A stretch of 64,000 nucleotides of DNA, taken from Patescibacteria group bacterium (lineage in GTDB: Bacteria; Patescibacteriota; JAHJAL01). Below, piece after piece: positions 56,236-64,000 of the stretch. A model generated the notes under the pieces. The model searched no databases, was not told the origin of the DNA, and saw nothing but the letters and a program-made list of their open reading frames with translations. Where the stretch lies: NCBI GenBank assembly GCA_049322675.1, contig JBMORM010000025.1:64520-128519 (forward strand). Reading direction: 5' to 3'. Positions within the stretch are counted from its first letter, which is position 1. Each line of letters begins with the position of its first letter. Made by a program: the position numbers and the translations under genes.

Positions 56236-56365
56236 AATTAGCTCAAAGGAGGGCAAAAAAGCTAATTGGCTCCATAAGCAAGTTGCCGGATATTTGTTAA
56301 AAATTATTCTTTGTCGTTCTTCAATTTATAAATTATCATGCATTTTGTAAAATGTCAAGGATTTA

Positions 56366-59300
56366 GTGATGGATATTATTGATATATCTGATAATTTGGC
56401 TAATATTTCTCGAGTTTGGAAAAGGTTTAAACAAAATATTGAAACAAAACAAAAGGTATATATTAATATGCCTCAGGATGAGTATTTTTCCTGGGTGTTG
56501 GCTGCATGCACAAAGAAAATTGACTTAAATATAATTGTTTGTCGGGATCATGTTTGGGTGAGTAGAATAGAAGGCGATTTGTTGAGCAATGGTTTGATGG
56601 ATGTGGTTGCTTTGCCAAGTCCCTGGAGTCAAATGTCTAGAGAAGAAATGTCGATTTTATCCAAGAAAATTGATGTCATTTTGAAGAAAAATAGTGGTTA
56701 TTTTATTATTGCGGCCGAAGATATTTCCTCCGGTTGGGAATATAAGTGGTTAAATGGTTTGTCAGTTTGCGCAAAATCGAATTATCGTTTTTCTGATTTG
56801 AGTAGCAGTTTGGTTGAGGCCGGATATTTGCGTGTGACAAAAGTTATGGAGCAGGGAGAATTTTCTGTAATAGGTGATATGTGGCAGATATGGGGGATTG
56901 GCGAGGAAAAGCCATATTTGTTGTATTTTGAGAACAACTTGTTGGATAAAATTGAGTTGGGAAAGAAAAAATTGCCTGATGCCAAATTACGGGGACAGTT
57001 GGTTAGAACAGGAGAGAGAGAAGATATATTGGATTGGATATTAAAGTTGGAAATTGGTAGAGTGGTGTATTTCGGTTTAGATGAAGACATCAAGGAGGTA
57101 TTACCGGGAAAAAAAATTTGGGTAAATTGTTTGAACAAAAATCAAAAAGACACATTATTTTTGCCAATGAGCGGTTTTGGTTGGGTTTTTGGAGGGAGGG
57201 ACAATTTTATAAATGCGATCAATAAAAAACAACCAACTAAAAATTTGATTATCAGTGAACATGAATCTGAAGTGAAAAAGTGGGTTAATGAAGATGGTTT
57301 TAATGATCGTGATTTTAAATTTTTCTTGTCAAAAATGGCGATTGGAGGATGGTTGGATGAGGAAAAAATATTGATTTGGACAGATAGAGAATTGTTTCGA
57401 GCAAGACAAAATGATTTTGCCGTCAAAACAAAATCAAAAAAAGATATAAACTGGCAAAAATTGGTTCAATTTCATGTGGGCGATTTGGTTGTTCATAGTG
57501 ACCACGGAATAGGCTTGTTAAAGGATTTTGTTACAAAAGATATCGCTGGTGTGGTGAAAGATTATTTTGTGGTGTCCTATGCCAAAGGAGATTTATTGTA
57601 TGTTCCGATTGAACAATTGAATAAGTTGGCCAAATATGTTGGTTCAAAATTAATTAAGTTAAATAGATTGGGTAGTGTAGTTTGGGGGAAAAGAAAAAGA
57701 AAGGCGTTCAAACAAGTTGAAAAAATGGCCAAGGAATTGTTGCGACTATATGCTAAGAGAAAATTAATAAGGCGAAAACCGTATTTTGTTGCTGATGATA
57801 TGATTGAAAAATTGGATGTGGGGTTTGGATATGAATTGACGATTGATCAGCAGGATGCTTTGAAAGATATAAATGAAGATTTGGAAAGAAATTTTCCTAT
57901 GGATCGTTTGTTGTGTGGTGATGTTGGTTTTGGAAAAACTGAGATCGCTATCAGAGCGGCGGCAAAGGTAGCAATAAGTGGAAAGCAGGTAGCGGTGTTG
58001 GTGCCAACTACCGTATTGGCTGAACAGCACTATATTACTTTTTTAGAAAGATTAAAAGAATTAAAAATTAGAGTGGATGTGTTGAGTCGGATGCGCGATA
58101 AAGATTATCAAAAAAATGTACTATCAGGGATACAAAATGGAAAAATACAAGTTTTGATTGGAACTCATCGTTTATTACAACGAGATGTTGTTTTTAAAGA
58201 TTTAGGTTTGATCGTAATTGACGAGGAACAAAAATTTGGTGTAAGAGCAAAAGAGCAGTTGAAAAAACTTCGTTACGAGATTGATGTATTGAGTATGAGT
58301 GCGACGCCTATTCCCAGAACTTTGAATATGTCGATGGGCGGAGTGAGAGATTTAAGTATTTTAGAGACTCCTCCCTTGGGTCGTCGTTCGGTGGAAACGA
58401 ATGTAATGCCATATTCTTCTCAAGTAGTTTTGAATGCAGTTGAAAGGGAAGTGGTCAGAGGAGGTCAGGTGTTTGTGGTACATAATCGAGTTAGAACAAT
58501 TGATAGTGTTGTGAGCGAGTTGGTTAATATTTTGGGAGAGAAAATAAAGATAGGGGTTGCTCATGGTCAAATGTCGGAAAAACAATTGGCAATGGCCATG
58601 AATAAATTTGCTAAGAATGAATATAATGTTTTGGTGGCGACAACGATTGTGGAAAATGGTTTGGATTTGCCCAATGTGAATACTTTGATTGTAGAAAACG
58701 CGACTGGATTGGGCTTGTCTCAGTTGTATCAGTTGCGAGGAAGGGTTGGGCGTTCTTCAAAAAAAGCATATGCATATTTTTTCTATCGAAGTGAGAAACT
58801 TAAGGATAAGGCCAAACAACGTTTGGATGCTTTGGCATCGGCTAAAGAATTGGGAAGCGGTTTGAAATTGGCAATTGCTGATATGGAAATACGAGGCGTA
58901 GGAAATATTTTGGGAATTCAGCAACATGGAAACGCCTATGCAGTGGGTTTGGGGATGTTTTTAGATATGTTGGGCGAAATGGTGGAAAAATTAAAAGAGA
59001 ATCAGAATTTTGAGGATATTATGAAGGAAAAAGAAGTGGTAATAGATTTGCCGGTTAGTTTTTCGATTCCTAGATACTATGTTGAAAAAATGGAGGAAAG
59101 GATATTACTGGAACAAAAAATTTCTGCCCAGATAGATTTGGAAAGCGTGGATGAAATTGCTAAAAGAGTGATAGAGAGGCATGGTCCTTTGCCCGATGAG
59201 TGCTCAAATTTATTTAAAATCGTGAAAATTAGAATATTGGCGGAAAGAATGCAGATTAGGCAGTTGGTTACAAGAACACAAACGCTGGTGAATGGCGCAA

Positions 59301-59488
59301 GGGAAAATAATTTATTTATTACTTTTGATGACGAAATCAGTCTTGACTGGGTACAATATCTCTTTAATTTGAATAGTAATTGGGTGTTTCGGAATAACGA
59401 AGCCAGAATTGATTTAAGTAAAATTTCAAAAAACATTATTGATTGGTTGTTGGATGTCTTGGTGAAGAAAAATCAAGTTGGTATTTAA
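56366..59488 (+). CDS. mfd: Transcription-repair coupling factor
   Basis: CarD-like GDLVVHSDHGIG, GDVGFGKTE, DEEQKFG, SATPIPRT, QLRGRVGR, TRCF tail. Confidence 0.95.
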   Translation: MMDIIDISDNLANISRVWKRFKQNIETKQKVYINMPQDEYFSWVLAACTKKIDLNIIVCRDHVWVSRIEGDLLSNGLMDVVALPSPWSQMSREEMSILSKKIDVILKKNSGYFIIAAEDISSGWEYKWLNGLSVCAKSNYRFSDLSSSLVEAGYLRVTKVMEQGEFSVIGDMWQIWGIGEEKPYLLYFENNLLDKIELGKKKLPDAKLRGQLVRTGEREDILDWILKLEIGRVVYFGLDEDIKEVLPGKKIWVNCLNKNQKDTLFLPMSGFGWVFGGRDNFINAINKKQPTKNLIISEHESEVKKWVNEDGFNDRDFKFFLSKMAIGGWLDEEKILIWTDRELFRARQNDFAVKTKSKKDINWQKLVQFHVGDLVVHSDHGIGLLKDFVTKDIAGVVKDYFVVSYAKGDLLYVPIEQLNKLAKYVGSKLIKLNRLGSVVWGKRKRKAFKQVEKMAKELLRLYAKRKLIRRKPYFVADDMIEKLDVGFGYELTIDQQDALKDINEDLERNFPMDRLLCGDVGFGKTEIAIRAAAKVAISGKQVAVLVPTTVLAEQHYITFLERLKELKIRVDVLSRMRDKDYQKNVLSGIQNGKIQVLIGTHRLLQRDVVFKDLGLIVIDEEQKFGVRAKEQLKKLRYEIDVLSMSATPIPRTLNMSMGGVRDLSILETPPLGRRSVETNVMPYSSQVVLNAVEREVVRGGQVFVVHNRVRTIDSVVSELVNILGEKIKIGVAHGQMSEKQLAMAMNKFAKNEYNVLVATTIVENGLDLPNVNTLIVENATGLGLSQLYQLRGRVGRSSKKAYAYFFYRSEKLKDKAKQRLDALASAKELGSGLKLAIADMEIRGVGNILGIQQHGNAYAVGLGMFLDMLGEMVEKLKENQNFEDIMKEKEVVIDLPVSFSIPRYYVEKMEERILLEQKISAQIDLESVDEIAKRVIERHGPLPDECSNLFKIVKIRILAERMQIRQLVTRTQTLVNGARENNLFITFDDEISLDWVQYLFNLNSNWVFRNNEARIDLSKISKNIIDWLLDVLVKKNQVGI

Positions 59489-59575
59489 TCGGAAATTAAT
59501 TTTTCTTTTAATAGTTATTCATTTTGAAATTGGTAGTATAAGTGGTATATGAATAATTATTAAAATTTTTAATTG

Positions 59576-60667
59576 ATGTTTACCGAACGTCAAGCGATAG
59601 TGATTTTTTCTTTCTGTGAAGGATTTGGAATCAAAAAAATCGAGAAAATTAGACGATATTTTGGAAGTATTGCGGCGGGATTAAATTGTCATAGTATTAG
59701 AGAGTGGTCTCAAACAGGATTGTCGGCCAAAGAGATAGAAAAGTGGTTTGATTTTAGAAAAAATGGTGCTTGGGAGGAAAGAATATTATCTCTTGAAAAA
59801 AATGTTTCATTTTTTACTTATGTCGATGATGATTATCCTTTGTTATTGAGAGAAATTCATAGTTCGCCTTTGGTGTTGTACTATAAAGGAAATTGGTCTC
59901 TTTTAAAAAAGAAATGTTTGGCGGTGGTGGGTACGAGAAAATCAACTGATTATAGTAAGAAGATTATTGATGCTTGGATTCCTGCTTTGGTTAAAAATAA
60001 TATTGTGATTGTAAGCGGTTTGGCATTGGGAGTTGATAGTCTGGCTCATGATTTTTGTTTAAAAAACAATGGCATGACTGTTGCGGTGTTGGCGGGTGGA
60101 TTTGACCAAATTTATCCGGTTATCAATCGGGGTTTGGCGGGGAAAATATTGGAACAAGGAGGATTGTTGTTGAGTGAATATCCGCCTGATTACAAGGCTT
60201 TGCCATTCAATTTTCCTGCTAGAAATAGAATAGTTAGTGGAGTGTCGGCGGGAGTTTTGGTGACTGAAGCTCCGGAAAAAAGTGGAGCCATGATTACTGC
60301 TTATATGGCAATTGAACAAAATCGTTCGGTGATGGCAGTTGGAGGAAATATTTTTGGTTTTTCCAGTCAAGGGTGCAATAAGCTCATCCAACAAGGAGCT
60401 TTGTTTGTGAGCAAAGTTGATGATATATTATTGGAATTGGGTATAAATAATTGTAATTTGAAATCCGCGAGTAAAAGAAGTAATTTTCAGCCGAGAAGTG
60501 AAACTGAGGCAAAAATTTATCAATTATTGAATGATGGAGAAAAATGTATTGATGAATTGTGTTTATTGACTGATTTGGGTTCGGATGAAATAATTTCGGT
60601 ATTAAATATTTTGAGTTTGGAAGGATATATCGAAGAGTTGTCGGGTGGAAGGTGGTCGGTAATCTAG
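59576..60667 (+). CDS. dprA: DNA-processing protein DprA
   Basis: AVVGTR, VSGLALGVD, FPARNRIVSG, EAPEKSGAMITA. Confidence 0.95.
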   Translation: MFTERQAIVIFSFCEGFGIKKIEKIRRYFGSIAAGLNCHSIREWSQTGLSAKEIEKWFDFRKNGAWEERILSLEKNVSFFTYVDDDYPLLLREIHSSPLVLYYKGNWSLLKKKCLAVVGTRKSTDYSKKIIDAWIPALVKNNIVIVSGLALGVDSLAHDFCLKNNGMTVAVLAGGFDQIYPVINRGLAGKILEQGGLLLSEYPPDYKALPFNFPARNRIVSGVSAGVLVTEAPEKSGAMITAYMAIEQNRSVMAVGGNIFGFSSQGCNKLIQQGALFVSKVDDILLELGINNCNLKSASKRSNFQPRSETEAKIYQLLNDGEKCIDELCLLTDLGSDEIISVLNILSLEGYIEELSGGRWSVI

Positions 60668-60701
60668 TTGCGTTATTTTAGAATGAATAATTATTATTGT
60701 T

Positions 60702-62927
60702 ATGAAAAATTTGATTATTGTAGAGTCGCCGGCCAAAGCCAAAACAATTGAGCGTATTTTGGGAAAAGACTATAAGGTTGTGGCGTCTTTTGGGCATGTT
60801 AGGGATTTGCCTAAAAATAATTTAGGCGTAGATGTGGAAAATGATTATGCGCCGAAATATGTCATACCGTTAAAGGCGAAAAAGACGATTAAGACAATGA
60901 AAGATATGTTTGCCAAGTCGAAGAACATTTATTTGGCTTCAGACTTGGATCGGGAGGGAGAAGCGATTGCTTGGCATATTGTTCAAGCGATCAAACCAAA
61001 AAAAGATCAATCAGTGCAAAGGGTTATTTTTCCGGCCATTACTAAATCGGCGGTAGAATTGGGTATGAAAAATCCTCGGGAAATTGATTTGAATTTGGTT
61101 GATGCTCAGCAGGCAAGAAGAGTTTTGGATCGTTTGGTCGGTTACAAGTTAAGCCCATTGCTTTGGAAAAAAATATTCAAGGGTTTGTCTGCAGGTCGGG
61201 TTCAGTCTGTTGCTCTGAGATTGATAGTCGAAAGGGAGAGAGAAATTCAAAAGTTTGTTCCGGAGGAATATTGGACGGTAGAGGCGGATTTTTCCAAAGT
61301 TGATGATGAAACAAGATTTTTGGGAAAAATGTTGACGGTAAATGGGAAAAAGTTTGAACCTATCAATGAAGAACAGGCTGCTCAATACAAAAGTCAGATT
61401 GAAAAGTCAGATTATAAAGTGGGTAGTATCAAGGTTTCAGGAAAAAAAAGAAATCCATATGCGCCATTTATCACTAGTACACTGCAACAGGAGGCATATA
61501 AGAAGTTGCATTTTACAGCTAAGAAAACTATGATGTTGGCACAGAAATTGTACGAGGGAGTCGAAGTGGAGGGAAAACAATTGGGTTTGATTACCTATAT
61601 GCGTACAGACTCGAGAAATATTTCTGGAGAGGCGATAGATATGATCAGAAAACAGATATCAAAAATGTATGGCGAAAAATATTTGCCGGAAAAGCCGGTG
61701 ATATATAAAAAGGCAAGTAAATTGGCTCAAGAGGCTCATGAAGCGATAAGAGTGACCTATCCCAATCGAACGCCGGATAGTATAGACAAATTTTTGGACA
61801 AAGATTTGGCGCGTCTCTATCAGTTGATATGGAAAAGAACGATTGCTTGTCAGATGAAACCGGCGGAAATGGAGAATACGGCTATAGATATTTTGGGGAA
61901 AAATAAAAATGATGTCTTTTTGTTTAGAGTCAATGGAACGGTAATTGTTTTTAACGGTTTTTTGGAAGTTTGGGATTATAAATCGTCAACCAATGATGAA
62001 AATTTGTTGCCGAAGTTGGAAGAGAATGAAAATTTGGTTTTACGCGAGTTATTTGTGGAGCAGCATTTCACACAGCCGCCGCCACGTTTTACCGACGCGT
62101 CTTTGGTTAAGGAGTTGGAAAAAAATGGAGTGGGCCGTCCTTCGACGTATGCTAGTATTATGAGTACGATTCAAGTTAGGGGCTATGTCGAAAAAGAAGA
62201 AGGGAAGTTTAAGCCGACTGATACGGGTTTTACCGTTAATGATTTTTTGGTAAAACATTTTTCCGATGTAGTAGATGTGAGTTTTACCGCCAAGATGGAA
62301 AATGAATTGGATGAAATTGCTTTGGGGAAGAAACATTGGGTGCCGGTGATCGACGATTTTTACAAGCCATTTATTAAAAATATCGGCGAAAAAGAGAAAG
62401 AAGTTTCCAAAGAAGAGGTAGTGGGGAAGATGGAAGAGACTGATGAAAAATGTCCTGATTGTGGTTTGCCGATGCAGGTCAAGATGAGTCGATATGGAAA
62501 ATTTTTAGCTTGCACCGGATATCCAAAATGCAAATATACCAAGCCTTTAGGTTTGTCTGAATCTGATCAAAAGAAAGAAGCCGAAGCGGAACCATGTGAA
62601 AAGTGTGGATCAAAGATGATAATAAAAAAGGGTAGATTCGGGAGTTTTCTGGCTTGCAGTAATTATCCAAAGTGTAAAAATATTCGTTCTATTGCCAAGA
62701 CGGATCTGAATATTGATTGTCCAAAATGTAAAAAGGGAAAGTTGGTAGAAAAAAGGAGTAAGCGGGGCAAGGTGTTTTATGCCTGCAATCGATATCCGGA
62801 ATGTGATCAGGCGGTTTGGAATGAGCCTACAGATAAAAAGTGTGAGGTTTGTGGGTTTGTTTTAACCAAAAATAAAAGTGGGAGTTTAAAATGCGAACAG
62901 TGTGCCAAGGATGCGAAAAAAAAGTAG
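60702..62927 (+). CDS. topA: DNA topoisomerase I
   Basis: IVESPAKAK, DLDREGE, SAGRVQS, ITYMRTD, C-terminal zinc ribbons. Confidence 0.97.
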   Translation: MKNLIIVESPAKAKTIERILGKDYKVVASFGHVRDLPKNNLGVDVENDYAPKYVIPLKAKKTIKTMKDMFAKSKNIYLASDLDREGEAIAWHIVQAIKPKKDQSVQRVIFPAITKSAVELGMKNPREIDLNLVDAQQARRVLDRLVGYKLSPLLWKKIFKGLSAGRVQSVALRLIVEREREIQKFVPEEYWTVEADFSKVDDETRFLGKMLTVNGKKFEPINEEQAAQYKSQIEKSDYKVGSIKVSGKKRNPYAPFITSTLQQEAYKKLHFTAKKTMMLAQKLYEGVEVEGKQLGLITYMRTDSRNISGEAIDMIRKQISKMYGEKYLPEKPVIYKKASKLAQEAHEAIRVTYPNRTPDSIDKFLDKDLARLYQLIWKRTIACQMKPAEMENTAIDILGKNKNDVFLFRVNGTVIVFNGFLEVWDYKSSTNDENLLPKLEENENLVLRELFVEQHFTQPPPRFTDASLVKELEKNGVGRPSTYASIMSTIQVRGYVEKEEGKFKPTDTGFTVNDFLVKHFSDVVDVSFTAKMENELDEIALGKKHWVPVIDDFYKPFIKNIGEKEKEVSKEEVVGKMEETDEKCPDCGLPMQVKMSRYGKFLACTGYPKCKYTKPLGLSESDQKKEAEAEPCEKCGSKMIIKKGRFGSFLACSNYPKCKNIRSIAKTDLNIDCPKCKKGKLVEKRSKRGKVFYACNRYPECDQAVWNEPTDKKCEVCGFVLTKNKSGSLKCEQCAKDAKKK

Positions 62928-64000
62928 TTTTATTTTTTGCGTTAGTATTATTTTGTTTGGCAGGTCAGTTTTTTCCCCAGATGGCTTTGGCGCAAACGGA
63001 AAATGTTTTGGATTATAAACATGCGGTGGTTTTGGAGACGGCTGATTTTGATCAAACACAGCCTACTGAAGTCAAGATGCAGAAAGTGAATGTCAAATTT
63101 TTGGATGAAAAAAATAATATATCGGTTTGGTTTGACAATAATCCTACTTTTTCGGTAATCAATGATCGAAGGATAAATAAGGGAGACAAGATTATTGTCT
63201 CTTATCAGGTTGTGGACGGCCAAGAAAAGGTATCTTTAGTGGATTTTGATCGAAGTTTACAATTGTTGATATTGGTATTGATTTGCATTGGTTTGGTGTT
63301 GGTGATTGGGCTTTGGACAGGTATAAAATCATTGATATCTTTTTCGTGGATAGGATTGATTTTATTTGGGTGGCTTTTACCTGGAATTTTGCGGGGGAGC
63401 AATGTATTTTTTTTGGTGACAGTGGCAATTGTTTTAATTGTGATAGGTACTTCTGTTTTGTTGATGGGTTTTTCTAGAAAAATGTTGTTGGTGACAGCCA
63501 GTTCTTTGTTTGGGGTTTTGGTGGCTACGTTGTTGACTTTGCTATTTGGTTGGTGGTCTCGATATTCTCCTTCCGGCCAGGAAGATCTGTCGTTGTTTAG
63601 AATTTCACCGGTTTTATCGAAGTTGAATTTATTGGATATTATTTATGCCAGTATTATGATCGGTGGCGTTGGTTCGATGATGGATATGACAATTTCTATC
63701 GTAGCTGGAATAGAAGAGACGATTATTACGGCACAAACAAAAGGAATTGGCAGGCTGGATTCAAAAGAGCTGTTTTTGACAGGATTAAATATTGGTCGAA
63801 GTGTGATGGCGGCTGAGACCAATACTATGGTTTTAGCATATTTTGGTTCTGCTTTGACTTTGTGGTTGGTAGCATTATCGCAAAATTATACTTGGGGTTT
63901 GTTGATTAGCTTTGGAATGGTTTTTGGTGAACTTTTAAGGATATTGGCGGTGGCAGTTGGTATTTTTAGTTCCATTCCTATGACCGCATTTTTAGCTTCA
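62891..64000 (+). CDS. YibE/F-family membrane protein (partial; start uncertain)
   Basis: Hand translation DFDRS...GGVGSMMDMTISI...GLNIGRSVMAAETNTMVLAYFGSAL; frame open from ATG 62891 to window end. Confidence 0.82.
   Translation, partial: MRTVCQGCEKKVVLFFALVLFCLAGQFFPQMALAQTENVLDYKHAVVLETADFDQTQPTEVKMQKVNVKFLDEKNNISVWFDNNPTFSVINDRRINKGDKIIVSYQVVDGQEKVSLVDFDRSLQLLILVLICIGLVLVIGLWTGIKSLISFSWIGLILFGWLLPGILRGSNVFFLVTVAIVLIVIGTSVLLMGFSRKMLLVTASSLFGVLVATLLTLLFGWWSRYSPSGQEDLSLFRISPVLSKLNLLDIIYASIMIGGVGSMMDMTISIVAGIEETIITAQTKGIGRLDSKELFLTGLNIGRSVMAAETNTMVLAYFGSALTLWLVALSQNYTWGLLISFGMVFGELLRILAVAVGIFSSIPMTAFLAS

Noticed and set aside
1-64000. Alternative genetic code 25 (TGA = Gly) as in Gracilibacteria/Absconditabacteria
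   Set aside because: Conserved genes are full length under code 11, and several end in TGA overlapping or adjoining the next start.

Overview
AT-rich bacterial chromosome segment, genetic code 11 (ATGA/TTGA stop-start overlaps), with most genes on the + strand. Gene content suggests Patescibacteria/CPR (inference): a type IV pilus locus with no secretin in the window, large Cys-rich surface proteins, many genes lacking Shine-Dalgarno (SD) sites, and tRNAs without encoded CCA. Layout: (1) 1-9 kb housekeeping genes (mutM, M14 peptidase, site-2 protease, rpmB, holB, RicT/PSP1, TPR protein, rpmG), five tRNAs and a probable 6S RNA. (2) 9.2-24.5 kb surface-protein locus: one scaffold-like gene followed by two paralogous cassettes, each ending in a ~1000-aa adhesin-like gene. 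(3) 24.6-38.9 kb type IV pilus operon (pilM/N/O, a small PilP-position gene, pilB/T/C/A/D, four minor pilins) interrupted by an antisense four-helix-bundle gene. (4) 39-48 kb accessory region with lipoproteins, HIT, NUDIX and an RNHCP / radical SAM-SPASM / YkgJ operon followed by two small paralogous peptide ORFs. (5) 48-64 kb housekeeping genes (trxA, tpiA, tRNA-Glu, PduO-like, degenerate glmS, S41 protease, rplI, ybaB, pth, mfd, dprA, topA, YibE/F). Strongest leads: a candidate new RiPP system with two MSKC-x3-LD peptides; a family of ~20 heptamer-built palindromic intergenic elements, one arm pair enclosing the four-helix-bundle gene; an apparently split surface-protein domain shared between a scaffold and two alternative adhesins; and a covarying tRNA-abutting structured RNA. 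All calls come from reading the sequence by eye. No searches or folding programs were run, and repeat boundaries are approximate.
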